DNA of 59,273 nucleotides from an uncultured Candidatus Peribacteria bacterium (lineage in GTDB: Bacteria > Patescibacteriota > Gracilibacteria > UBA4473). Under the pieces are notes generated by a model, which was not told the origin of the DNA, did not search any database, and saw only the letters and a program-made list of their open reading frames with translations. Below are positions 17,972 to 27,686 of this stretch, one piece after another; the stretch's first letter is position 1, and each line of letters begins with the position of its first letter. The stretch is taken from NCBI GenBank assembly GCA_964592695.1, contig CAZQFO010000001.1, positions 1 to 59,273 of the forward strand, given 5' to 3'. Both the position numbers and the translations under genes were made by a program.

Positions 17972-19507
17972 ATGGCTACTCTCGAAAATCCACCTAAAAA
18001 TCTAATTGAAAAAAAAACAGAAAAAAATTCAAAATCTCCTGAAAAATTGAATGAAGAATTTGGCCCTGAAATACAAAAAACAAGAAAACAAAACGAAATT
18101 AATAAAACTCTTCCTCCCCAAAGAAGACTCATTGAAATTTATGAAAAAATTAAAGATGGAAAAAAATGGATTGATTCTTTGAAAAAAGAAAAATATGACA
18201 TAGGCAAGGAAGATAAGATTCCAACTTCTAATGAAGTTTCAGAGTACTTAGGAGGAATAAAAGCTTCTGAAGCTCTATCTTTTGGACTTCCAGAAAAAAA
18301 TATTACAAAGAAAATTAATACTATTGTGAAAGCTAAAGAACTAAAAGTGGTCTTAAAAGAATTAGAAAATAAAATTAAAGAAGATCTTAAAAAACAGGGA
18401 AAAAGTGAGGATGAAATAAAAATAAAAATTGAAGAACTAAAAGGTAAATCAGAAAAAGACCTTCGCATTATGAGAGAAGATCAACTACTAGAAAATGAAT
18501 TAAATAAAGGTGCTGAAAGACTGCATACACTTTTTATGGAGAAAACTCCAGATGGATCATTTGTTGTAGATTTTCATGGAAATCAAGAAGCCATTTCAAA
18601 TGTTGGACTCGGAGATATGTTTCCCTCTTCTCAGAAATTTTTGAAAGTAAATGGACAAATAGTAATTCGATCTGTATCACGAAACGGTAAAGTTGGATAT
18701 CTAGATAATAACGGCGAATATGTCCCGGTTTATGGAGGAGAAAAAATAGAATTAATTATGCCTAAAAATGCAGAAGAAAATGCTTTATTAGTAGGTCAAT
18801 TCACTTCAAAACCAAAAAAATTATCTATCCGTGAGGAATATCAAAGGAAGATTAATTTTTTAGAAGGAGTACACTTGAATGTACGAAACGAAAAAATAAA
18901 AAGAATTGAATCAAAACTAATAACTGAGGCAAAAAATCAACTGCCAAATGGTACCACACACAAAGAAATATATCTCAAAGCTGCAGAACTAGCAGAGAAA
19001 AAAGCAAAAGATGCTCCAGAAGGAGAAAGCCAAAAATATATTGATACGGCACAAAATTTAAAAAATATGAGTAAGTCATTAGAAGAAGCCGGAGAAAATT
19101 TCAACCTGAGTGATTATAAAGCAAGAATTGCTAAAGGCGAAAGTGGCGGAAGCGGTGGATATATGGCTGTAAGCAGAACATCAACTGCTATGGGAAAATA
19201 CCAATTTCTTCGAGCTAATAGAAACAAGTATGCTCCAGGAGTATCTGATCAACAATTTCTAAATACCCCAGAAATCCAAGAAAAAGCTATGGACTTGTTT
19301 ACATTAAACAATTTAGCCGCAATCAAAAGAAAGGTTGGAGGCCTTCACAATCTACAGTACTCTGTAGAAGACACTTTAGCGGCTGTGCATTTTTTAGGAC
19401 TAGGTGGAGCATTAAATAGAAATGGCACCCTTAATATGCACAGATCTGATGCAAATAATTGTAATTTAGCTACATACTTACAAAGATTCAGAAGAGCAAA
19501 AGCATAA
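17972..19507 (+). CDS. Lys-rich protein with C-terminal lysozyme-like / transglycosylase-like domain
   Basis: The C-terminal AKGESGGSGGYMAVSRTSTAMGKYQFL...LAAVHFLGLGGA resembles the E-S-G...Y...GKYQF lysozyme-like signature. No obvious signal peptide. Confidence 0.5.
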   Translation: MATLENPPKNLIEKKTEKNSKSPEKLNEEFGPEIQKTRKQNEINKTLPPQRRLIEIYEKIKDGKKWIDSLKKEKYDIGKEDKIPTSNEVSEYLGGIKASEALSFGLPEKNITKKINTIVKAKELKVVLKELENKIKEDLKKQGKSEDEIKIKIEELKGKSEKDLRIMREDQLLENELNKGAERLHTLFMEKTPDGSFVVDFHGNQEAISNVGLGDMFPSSQKFLKVNGQIVIRSVSRNGKVGYLDNNGEYVPVYGGEKIELIMPKNAEENALLVGQFTSKPKKLSIREEYQRKINFLEGVHLNVRNEKIKRIESKLITEAKNQLPNGTTHKEIYLKAAELAEKKAKDAPEGESQKYIDTAQNLKNMSKSLEEAGENFNLSDYKARIAKGESGGSGGYMAVSRTSTAMGKYQFLRANRNKYAPGVSDQQFLNTPEIQEKAMDLFTLNNLAAIKRKVGGLHNLQYSVEDTLAAVHFLGLGGALNRNGTLNMHRSDANNCNLATYLQRFRRAKA

Positions 19508-19562
19508 TCGAACTATTTTTCATTTCGTACTAAGTTGTAATAAAAATATCACATACAACTTA

Positions 19563-19596
19563 GAAAGTGCGGTATGCAGACCGCGCTTTCTTTGCA
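19563..19596 (+). terminator. Intrinsic terminator-like hairpin
   Basis: gaaagtgcggt (19563-19573) pairs with accgcgctttc (19580-19590), 11 bp including one G-U. The tail is T-rich. Confidence 0.5.
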
Positions 19597-19731
19597 CTAC
19601 TTTTGTATTACTTTAAATACCAGTTGGTTAGGGTTTAACAAAATTGAAAGTTGCTTTAAAAAACAAAAACGCTTATAAAAAATTGGAATTTTAAATTTTA
19701 CTTTTTGCATTTTTAATTTTGCGAAGCTCCC

Positions 19732-22305
19732 ATGTCCACTCCTGTTCAACGTCAATATAAAACGCTCAAAGACCAAAACCCCGATGCTATTCTTTTTTTT
19801 CAGCTGGGGGATTTTTATGAAATGTTTCATGAAGATGCCGTGCTGGTATCACGAGTTCTGGGGTTAACGCTTACTGCTCGTCATCGTGGCTCGGAAAATG
19901 AAATGCCTATGTGTGGATTTCCAATGCATGCACATGCAGAATACCTACAAAAACTTATCGAATCTGGATACAAAGTCGCTATTGCCGATCAATCGGAAAA
20001 CCCCGAAACAAAACAAATCGACCGAAAAATCACTAGAGTGATCACTCCCGGCACATCTCTGGAGGAGGGAATAAAAAATCCGGATAAAAGCATATTTTTG
20101 GCTGCCATCATTCGTGAAAAAAAAGCATATGGATTAGCCTTTTCTGATCTCTCCACTGGAGAATTTCGAACGGTTAATTTGCCTTCAGAAAAGTCATTTA
20201 TTGATGAAATACACAGAATTAATCCCCAAGAAATACTGATCGCTGAAGACTTGTTTTTAGATGAGAAATTCTGTAGCCAACTGCCGAAAGCCCTTCTCAC
20301 CATACGCAAAGCCTCCCCGGCCAAATCTGCTGCAAATTTTCTTCAGACACACTTTGGGGTACAAAATCTCACCGTTTTTGGAATTGAAAAAATCAAACTT
20401 CTCATCATGGCCTCTGCCATGGTACTTCAGTACCTAAAAGATACCCAAAAAGCGGATCTATCACACATCACCAAATTAACAAAATATTCGCCTCACGACA
20501 TAATGATTCTAGATGCACAGACTATGCGACATTTAGAAATATTTCAACCGATTCGTTTTGATGAAAACTCTGCCACCCTCCTCTCTGTTTTCCAGAAAAC
20601 ACATACCCCCATGGGAGGTCGAAAATTACGAAATTGGATTGCTCATCCGTTACTCTCTATTGAGCGAATAAAAACTCGCCATGATGCCGTAGAGGAGCTT
20701 CACAAAGATATAGCGCTCCGACAAAAACTAAAAATAGCTCTTACGCCTATTTCTGACCTGGAACGCATTCTCGCCCGATTGGTAACCGATCGTGGAAATG
20801 GACGAGACTTAGCTTTTTTTCGTGACAGTTTTCAGTCTTTTTTACCTATCAAAACTCTACTGGCTAACTCCAATAATTCCACACTACAAAAAAAATCAGA
20901 ATCATTTAATGGATTTGAAAAAATAACGGAAAAACTGGAAAAAGCTCTGGTCGAATTACCGCCATTAGAAATCACTCAGGGTGGTATTTTTCGTGAAGAA
21001 TATAATCCCGAACTGGATGAGTTAAAAAGAGTAAATGAGAATTCTGAAAAATGGCTTGAAAATTTTTTGGAACAAAAAAAGACCGAATCAGGCATCCCCA
21101 GCCTAAAAATTAAATATTCAAAAAATTTTGGGTACTGCCTAGAAGTATCAAATGCTCATAAGTCTAAAATCCCATCAGATTGGATACGAAGACAAACGCT
21201 CGTCAATGCAGAAAGACTTACTACTCCGGAGTTATCAGAATATGAGAATAAAATTTTAAATGCACAAGCTCAAATGTGCGAATACGAGCATAAGCTTTTT
21301 CATGAATTAAAAATACTGGTCACTCTGCAAACAAAAGAAATTCAACAGGTCTCACAGATTATTGGAGAATTAGATGTTTTATTAACTTTTGCTTTTACTG
21401 CATTAAATTGGAAATGGAATAAGCCAGAAATAATGGAAGGAAACGCAAATATTTATGTTGAGGAAGGTCGTCATCCTGTGATAGAAAAATTATCAACTGT
21501 TCCGTTTATTTCAAACCATTTAAAAATGGGGAGCAATGAACAGCATTTACACTTGATAACCGGGCCCAATATGGCTGGAAAATCCACGTTTCTCAGACAA
21601 AATGCACTCATCATATTGCTGGCTCAGATAGGGAGTTTTGTTCCCGCAAAAAAGGCTTCGCTAGGCATATTTGATCGTATTTTTACGCGAGTGGGCGCAT
21701 CTGATAATCTAGCAGGAGGTCAATCTACATTTTTTGTGGAAATGATGGAAACCTCAACCATTTTGAATTCCGCAACAGAAAGAAGTTTTATAATTCTGGA
21801 TGAAATCGGTCGAGGCACTTCTACATTTGATGGGATATCTCTTGCCTGGGCGATTACAGAATATATCCATAACACGATAAAAGCAAAAACACTATTTGCT
21901 ACTCACTATCATGAATTAATTGATCTAGCGAACAATCTATCACATGCCACAAATTATCATGTTTCAGTGGCACAGAACAAAGACGGAATAGTGTTTTTAC
22001 GAAGAATCATACCAGGGGGAATATCCGATTCATTTGGTATCGAGGTGGCTGCCTCTGCCGGACTTCCCAAGCCACTCATCTTAAATGCAAGAGAAATACT
22101 TCAGCGACTCGAATCCGAAAATCTGCTTCAGGAACCAAACCTTTTTAGTATTCCAAGAGTGAGAGAAAAAATAATTGAGATAAAAGAAAAATCAAAAACA
22201 GATGAATATTTAGAAAAAATAAATCCAAATGATTTATCGCCGAAGAATGCCCTGGATATTATTTTTGAATTAAAAGATCTAATAAATAAAACTGAGAAAA
22301 ACTAA
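19732..22305 (+). CDS. mutS: DNA mismatch repair protein MutS
   Basis: TPVQRQYKTLKDQNPDAILFFQLGDFYEMFHEDA, Walker A TGPNMAGKSTFLRQ, ILDEIGRGTSTFDGISLAWA, FATHYHEL. Confidence 0.97.
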   Translation: MSTPVQRQYKTLKDQNPDAILFFQLGDFYEMFHEDAVLVSRVLGLTLTARHRGSENEMPMCGFPMHAHAEYLQKLIESGYKVAIADQSENPETKQIDRKITRVITPGTSLEEGIKNPDKSIFLAAIIREKKAYGLAFSDLSTGEFRTVNLPSEKSFIDEIHRINPQEILIAEDLFLDEKFCSQLPKALLTIRKASPAKSAANFLQTHFGVQNLTVFGIEKIKLLIMASAMVLQYLKDTQKADLSHITKLTKYSPHDIMILDAQTMRHLEIFQPIRFDENSATLLSVFQKTHTPMGGRKLRNWIAHPLLSIERIKTRHDAVEELHKDIALRQKLKIALTPISDLERILARLVTDRGNGRDLAFFRDSFQSFLPIKTLLANSNNSTLQKKSESFNGFEKITEKLEKALVELPPLEITQGGIFREEYNPELDELKRVNENSEKWLENFLEQKKTESGIPSLKIKYSKNFGYCLEVSNAHKSKIPSDWIRRQTLVNAERLTTPELSEYENKILNAQAQMCEYEHKLFHELKILVTLQTKEIQQVSQIIGELDVLLTFAFTALNWKWNKPEIMEGNANIYVEEGRHPVIEKLSTVPFISNHLKMGSNEQHLHLITGPNMAGKSTFLRQNALIILLAQIGSFVPAKKASLGIFDRIFTRVGASDNLAGGQSTFFVEMMETSTILNSATERSFIILDEIGRGTSTFDGISLAWAITEYIHNTIKAKTLFATHYHELIDLANNLSHATNYHVSVAQNKDGIVFLRRIIPGGISDSFGIEVAASAGLPKPLILNAREILQRLESENLLQEPNLFSIPRVREKIIEIKEKSKTDEYLEKINPNDLSPKNALDIIFELKDLINKTEKN

Positions 22306-22375
22306 TAAAAATTTGATTTTTTTTACAATATTCGATAAAAAGTCCTATGGACGCGTCTGCGAAATTTTTCACAAT

Positions 22376-22543
22376 ATGAATACTCAACCTGTCATTATTT
22401 ACTGTCCTGATTGCTACGGCAAATTTGCGGTAAATATCGATGGAATAGAAGAGGAGGATATCCTAGAATGTGATTTGTGTATGGCGGAAATGGAGATATT
22501 GCAGTTAGAGCCGTTTCGAGTGAGGTTGTTTGTGGAGGAATAA
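22376..22543 (+). CDS. Small zinc-ribbon protein (LysW-like pattern), acidic C-terminus
   Basis: MNTQPVIIYCPDCYGKFAVNIDGIEEEDILECDLCMAEMEILQLEP.. carries CPxC...CxxC. The ATG at 22376 is more plausible than the track start at 22313. Confidence 0.4.
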   Translation: MNTQPVIIYCPDCYGKFAVNIDGIEEEDILECDLCMAEMEILQLEPFRVRLFVEE

Positions 22544-22655
22544 AGTGTAGTGAGAGAAAAATGAGAATAACAAAAAAATGAGGCACTATAGTAATGCCTC
22601 ACTTTACAACTTTAACATTCCATCCATACCAAATTTAATACTAAAATTTCAAGAT

Positions 22656-23474
22656 TTATGAAATATCTAAAGTCAGATTGATCAAGTATGAATCAGCTGG
22701 TTGTTGAGCTGGTACGTTTTGTGATAAGCCAACTCCGATTAATGAGAATATCGTATAATCGTTTGCTCCGGAAGTCGCAGAAAATAAGGCTGCTGGAGTA
22801 GTTCCATCAAATTTAAAGTCAGGACCAAGTGTAATATTTGCAGCCTCCAGGTCCGTAACTTCGGTAAGTGGTGACGCAAAACAAGGAGTGTCTCCGGGTG
22901 ATGGTAAATCCTCTGCACAATTTGCTCCTCCTGCTGCAATGTTTTTCGCTGGATTGGGAGTAATCTCCTCTATACTTCCGGATTGCGGATTAATTTTCAA
23001 GTATCCATTACCTGCCGTTTCTGCAGCTGCATAATCCATAACATAATAACATCTGTCATCTCCTCCATTTGCAGCTGTCCACACTACTGCATTATCTAAT
23101 CCTGCAGGGCAGGTTGCTCCGTGGTCGATAAGACCATACCAGGAGTCATTATCCGCATAAGTACCGTTTATAGTCACGCTAAAGACCTCATCGTCACGAG
23201 GATTAAACGCTACAATTCGTTGATCTTCTCCCTCATCGTCTTCTCCAAATACTCCTGTTGATGTCGCATCGGTAAAAGAACTTGTAATCGCATCCATAGT
23301 AATTAATGGAGAAGCTACCGCAATCCCTTCTTGTGTTCGGATGTCTACGTCTAATGTCCCATCTGAAATTGTAATATTCAAATCAGTATCGTTCGCGGCC
23401 TCCACTCCCTGAAAAAAACCTATCGATAGCGCAACTATCGTGGAGGCTGCAAAAAGTTTTGAAAAGTTGTTCAT
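22656..23474 (-). CDS. Secreted acidic beta-rich protein, paralog 3 of 3 (WxL-like architecture)
   Basis: Signal peptide, then AANDTDLNITISDGTLDVDIRT.. and a C-terminus ANDYTIFSLIGVGLSQNVPAQQPADSYLINLTLDIS. Shares N- and C-terminal blocks with the two upstream genes. Confidence 0.6.
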   Translation of the reverse strand: MNNFSKLFAASTIVALSIGFFQGVEAANDTDLNITISDGTLDVDIRTQEGIAVASPLITMDAITSSFTDATSTGVFGEDDEGEDQRIVAFNPRDDEVFSVTINGTYADNDSWYGLIDHGATCPAGLDNAVVWTAANGGDDRCYYVMDYAAAETAGNGYLKINPQSGSIEEITPNPAKNIAAGGANCAEDLPSPGDTPCFASPLTEVTDLEAANITLGPDFKFDGTTPAALFSATSGANDYTIFSLIGVGLSQNVPAQQPADSYLINLTLDIS

Positions 23475-23488
23475 TTTTACGCTAGGTT

Positions 23489-23536
23489 AAAAAAAATAAT
23501 ATCTCGCACCTTTCTCAAATGAGAAAAGTGCGAGAT
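23489..23536 (-). terminator. Intrinsic terminator between paralogs
   Basis: About 17-bp hairpin atctcgcacctttctca/tgagaaaagtgcgagat (23501-23536), followed on the minus strand by a T-run (plus-strand A-run at 23489-23500). Confidence 0.6.
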
Positions 23537-23543
23537 GAATAAA

Positions 23544-24389
23544 TTACACAAGTGTAATTGTAAAATCAATGTTGTATGTATCAGAAGCTGTTTGAGCTGG
23601 AATATTTTGTTCGATAACAATTTCTTTCATAGACCAAATAGTATAATCATCTGCTCCAGTACTAGATGTAAGAAGAACCACATCATTATCAACACTTAAG
23701 TCTTCAGCAGACCCTCTAGTAATATTAATTGATTCTGGATCAGCAATTGCAGTTCCTTCTGTATCGTATGATCCATCAGCTGGATCAATAGACATTTCAA
23801 AAACATCAGCAGCAGAAGGATCGATATTCATAGAACCAAGACCATTACCTGTTGCGTGAGCACCTTCAAAATCAATAAAATTTCGACAATCACCAAGTGC
23901 TGCATGACCAGCTCCCATTATTGCTGCCGTAACGACAACTGAATTTTCAGAATTCCCAGGACAAGTTGCCGGTGATCCTTCTGAACCATCTACAACTACA
24001 GTAGTTCCAATCCAAAGCGCGTCATTTCCCTGTGTTGCTCCGATTGAAACTACCCATTCCACATCTGCAGAAGGATTTTCAATTGCAATTCGATTGTCTT
24101 GAAGAGGAGTACTTTCTGCTCGAGTATCTTCACTGTCTGAACCTAAAATCCCTGACACTAATTGGTCAGTAAATTTCGTAGTAAGTGTAGCAGTAACTCC
24201 ATCATCCATAGTAACTTCTGGAGTTGCAATAGCCGCTCCATCATCATCTGCAATAAATACTACTGGCACACCATCCTCTACCGCCAATTCTAAATCCGTG
24301 GTATCATCAGCAAATGCCATGTTACCAAATACACCGAAGCCGAAAGATGCAACTGTAGCCGTTGCGAGCATTGTTTTCATCGTTTTCAT
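23544..24389 (-). CDS. Secreted acidic beta-rich protein, paralog 2 of 3 (WxL-like architecture)
   Basis: Likely start MKTMKTMLATATVASFGFGVFGNMAFADDTTDLELAVEDGVPV (ATG at 24389; the track extends to 24473). C-terminus ADDYTIWSMKEIVIEQNIPAQTASDTYNIDFTITLV. Confidence 0.6.
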   Translation of the reverse strand: MKTMKTMLATATVASFGFGVFGNMAFADDTTDLELAVEDGVPVVFIADDDGAAIATPEVTMDDGVTATLTTKFTDQLVSGILGSDSEDTRAESTPLQDNRIAIENPSADVEWVVSIGATQGNDALWIGTTVVVDGSEGSPATCPGNSENSVVVTAAIMGAGHAALGDCRNFIDFEGAHATGNGLGSMNIDPSAADVFEMSIDPADGSYDTEGTAIADPESINITRGSAEDLSVDNDVVLLTSSTGADDYTIWSMKEIVIEQNIPAQTASDTYNIDFTITLV

Positions 24390-24459
24390 TTTGTTTAAAA
24401 GGGTTAAGAAATAATAAAATGATGAATGAAATGAACTATAAATAAATTTCTGTGTTGGA

Positions 24460-25128
24460 TTAATAAACCTCAAGAATTAAATCCAACGTATAATCCGCTC
24501 CCTCTTGAGAAGCCGGAATCTGTTGAGCAAGAGTAACACCTGTAAGCGTAAAGACTGCATAATCATTTGCATTAGCAGAAGCTTCAAAAAGCATAATATT
24601 ATCCAAGGTTCCCTGATCAAATGTTTGAGCAGATGAATTTGTACTTACATTTGCAGGCGATGCGGTAAAACTAGAAAAAGAAGCATCAGAAGGATCTATC
24701 ACTGCCTGCTCTACCACGGCAGCCGTAGCATCTACTTCCAATCGACCAAACCCGGACCCACTTGCAGACGGCTCATTGAAATCCATAGTATAAGTGGCCC
24801 CATCCGACCAAACCGAAGTTGGATCCGTTGCGGCTATCCGAGAAATCCACGTCTCATCCACCCGAGGATTATAAACTGCAATCCTCTCATCCGTCACCCC
24901 TAGAGTCCCCGAGGGGAATTGATCCTGAAACTGAGAAGTAACTGATCCTAGAGAAACAGTCGGCGATGCAACTGTATCTCCCGCATCCGTCACAATATCA
25001 ATACTCAAAACTCCATCCTGAACAACAACCGCCAACTCTGTCGTGTCATCCGCGTGTACAGCTGAAAAACTACCCAGCCCCAGGGCCACAACAACCGAAG
25101 CCGAGAGCATCTGACTAAAAGTTTTCAT
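24460..25128 (-). CDS. Secreted acidic beta-rich protein, paralog 1 of 3 (WxL-like architecture)
   Basis: MKTFSQMLSASVVVALGLGSFSAVHADDTTELAVVVQDGVLSIDIV.. and C-terminus ANDYAVFTLTGVTLAQQIPASQEGADYTLDLILEVY. Confidence 0.6.
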   Translation of the reverse strand: MKTFSQMLSASVVVALGLGSFSAVHADDTTELAVVVQDGVLSIDIVTDAGDTVASPTVSLGSVTSQFQDQFPSGTLGVTDERIAVYNPRVDETWISRIAATDPTSVWSDGATYTMDFNEPSASGSGFGRLEVDATAAVVEQAVIDPSDASFSSFTASPANVSTNSSAQTFDQGTLDNIMLFEASANANDYAVFTLTGVTLAQQIPASQEGADYTLDLILEVY

Positions 25129-25587
25129 TTGATTTTGATTAATTAAGAAATAAATAACAAGTGTAAGCCAAATCTTAATAGTTGAGCGGGCGTCTCTTTT
25201 CTTTTTGATCTAAAAACTGATCACTCTACTTGCCTTTGTTCTGTTTTATTTTTTCCTCCTTTTTTGTTCTAAAAGATTATACAACGAGTTTTTCATTGGA
25301 TGCAAGTTTTTTTTTCGTTTTTTGACAAAAACGACTTTACTTGAATCTAAAAAAATGACATAGTGCTACTTTTCAAAGCAGCAATAAAACTCCCCTTAAG
25401 ACTGATCACAAAAGAGATTCAACAGCAATAACTATTTTACAAAAACTTCGCAAATACCCCCTTTTTTTCGATTATTTAAATATACTTTACCACCGGAGCC
25501 TAATTCCAGACAAACAAAACACTGTGCACAAAAAATTCCCAATAATTTTCCCTTTGACATTAATATTTCAATTTTTAGTTTACCGTC

Positions 25588-26829
25588 ATGTTTAATTCAG
25601 AAGTTATCCAAGCTAAAGAACGACTTCGATCGGTGTTTTCGCCGACGCCATTGCAGTATTCCAAATATTTATCAGACAAATATAAAGCTGACATCTACCT
25701 AAAACGTGAAGATCTCACCATAGTAAGAAGCTATAAAATCCGAGGAGCATTTAATCTCATTTCCCAGCTTTCTGAGCCAGAAAAACAACAGCAAATCATA
25801 TGTGCCAGCGCTGGAAATCACGCACAAGGGGTTGCGTATGCTTGTTTTCATTTCCAGATCCCCGGAGTTGTTTTTATGCCCATTACTACCCCGGCTCAAA
25901 AGATTGAAAAAACCAAGCTCACCGGAAAATCCTTCGTAGAAATAAAACTTACAGGAGATACGTTTGATGAAGCATATGAAGCAGCACATAGATATTGCGT
26001 GCAAGAAAATGGGATTTTCGTCCCTCCATTTGATCATGAAAAAATTATTGAAGGACAGGCCACCATCGGATCTGAGATACTAGATCAGATTTCTAACCCT
26101 ATAGATATGATGATTGTCCCGGTGGGTGGGGGAGGACTTTCTGCGGGAATACTAAAGTACATGGACATAACATCTCCCAATACAGAGATCACTTGTGCAG
26201 AACCCATGGGGGCACCTAGTCTATACGAATCTCTAAAATCCGGATCTAGACAAACACTGGATAAAATTGATACGTTCGTCGATGGGGCCGCCGTGAAGCA
26301 AGTAGGAAAAATCAATTTTGATATTATCAGACAGTATATCAAAAATGAAGTTATCCTCGTCCCCGAAAATCGCCTTTGTGAAACCATGATGGAATTTTTG
26401 TTTCACGAGGGAATCGTGCTCGAACCAGCAGGTGGTCTCTCCATAGATGCACTAAAAGATTGCCCAAAACAAAAAATCAAAGGGAAAACAATCGTCTGCA
26501 TAGTCTCAGGAGGAAACTTTGACTTTGAGAGACTCCCCGATGTAAAAGAACGAGCACTCAAACACTCTGGTCGAAAAAAATATTTTATATTACGTCTCCC
26601 CCAACGCCCGGGGGCGCTCAAAGAATTTCTTAACTTACTAGGTCCCGATGATGACATTTCTCGGTTTGAATATTTAAAAAAATCAGCAAAAACTTTTGGA
26701 TCAGTCTTGCTTGGAGTGGAAACCAAAGACCCAAATCATTTTTCGGAATTATTTGAAAAAATGAGACAAGTGGGATTTGAATATCAAGATGTAACGGATA
26801 ATGAGATACTGGCTGATTTTGTTATATAG
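25588..26829 (+). CDS. ilvA: Threonine ammonia-lyase (threonine dehydratase) with one C-terminal ACT-like regulatory domain
   Basis: PLP-lysine region LKREDLTIVRSYKIRGA, SAGNHAQGVAYA, VPVGGGGLSAGI, and a C-terminal regulatory domain ILRLPQRPGALKEFL. Confidence 0.9.
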   Translation: MFNSEVIQAKERLRSVFSPTPLQYSKYLSDKYKADIYLKREDLTIVRSYKIRGAFNLISQLSEPEKQQQIICASAGNHAQGVAYACFHFQIPGVVFMPITTPAQKIEKTKLTGKSFVEIKLTGDTFDEAYEAAHRYCVQENGIFVPPFDHEKIIEGQATIGSEILDQISNPIDMMIVPVGGGGLSAGILKYMDITSPNTEITCAEPMGAPSLYESLKSGSRQTLDKIDTFVDGAAVKQVGKINFDIIRQYIKNEVILVPENRLCETMMEFLFHEGIVLEPAGGLSIDALKDCPKQKIKGKTIVCIVSGGNFDFERLPDVKERALKHSGRKKYFILRLPQRPGALKEFLNLLGPDDDISRFEYLKKSAKTFGSVLLGVETKDPNHFSELFEKMRQVGFEYQDVTDNEILADFVI

Positions 26830-27089
26830 ACAAGGAGGGAGAGACAGAGCTGTTTAATGCTAGAAAGAAAGAGTCCTTCAAGCCGCTTTTTTCCGGCGCT
26901 TCATCAGTCTTCGCTCTATGAGCTTCGACCAACAGGCGAGATTGAACGAGGCACGAGCGAAATCTCGGAAAAAGCGCCATTGATGCCGAAGATCATACTT
27001 GATTTGCAGTTCTTTCTTTATTGAGACATCTATTGCACAAAGTTAGAGTTGAGCAGTCCTGGGGAGAGCTGGGGTAAAAATATCAAGCC

Positions 27090-27587
27090 CTAAATGCCGC
27101 CCCCCCCTTCCAATATTTTAGGTGAAAAATTAGCCGCCCAAAAAGCTACTGCTATCGCATCCACTGCATCATCCTGCAATCTCATATTATTTAATTCAAA
27201 TAAGATCTGTGTCATTTTTTGCATTTCTGTTTTATCGGCTTTTCCATTTCCAGTGAAAACGGATTTTACTTCTACTGGTTTCGGCTCATACACAGGCAGT
27301 CCGTGCTTCTTGGCAATGTAGATTAAGCTCCCTCGGACTTGTGCCACTTTCATCCCCGTTGTTACATTTTGAACGAAAAACAAATCTTCGATCGAAACCA
27401 CGTCCGGACGATGAGACTTTATCAATATTTCGAAATCCTCTGTAATTTCAAAAAGACGATTTGCAAATATTTTTTGAGCTAATGTCTTTATAACTCCGAA
27501 TTTACCCAGCTCCAGCCTATTATTTGTTTTATTGAGCAGTGCAAACCCACATCGTTCGTAACCAGGATCAATTCCAAGGATTTTCAT
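27090..27587 (-). CDS. ruvC: Crossover junction endodeoxyribonuclease RuvC
   Basis: MKILGIDPGYERCGFALL..VSIEDLFF..KPVEVKSVFTGNGKADKTEMQKM..QDDAVDAIAVA. The start at MKILGID is preferred over the track start at 27608. Confidence 0.88.
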   Translation of the reverse strand: MKILGIDPGYERCGFALLNKTNNRLELGKFGVIKTLAQKIFANRLFEITEDFEILIKSHRPDVVSIEDLFFVQNVTTGMKVAQVRGSLIYIAKKHGLPVYEPKPVEVKSVFTGNGKADKTEMQKMTQILFELNNMRLQDDAVDAIAVAFWAANFSPKILEGGGGI

Positions 27588-27686
27588 GAGTATAGTGATG
27601 TTATTCAAACATTACCCTTTTTCAACCCTCTCGTTTTTCTTGTCATATTTCAGATGGTTCATATAATTGCAGTGTAAAATCTAAGA

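Noticed and set aside
26830-27089. Tested the GC-rich spacers (also 50820-50985) for tmRNA, RNase P, SRP/4.5S and tRNA signatures
   Set aside because: I could not find the conserved blocks: RNase P GGAAAGUCC with the P4 partner, the SRP GGAA/AGCA domain IV, or the tmRNA tRNA-like ends with TTCGA loop plus CCA. agaaagagtcc at 26865 resembles the RNase P CR-I only superficially.
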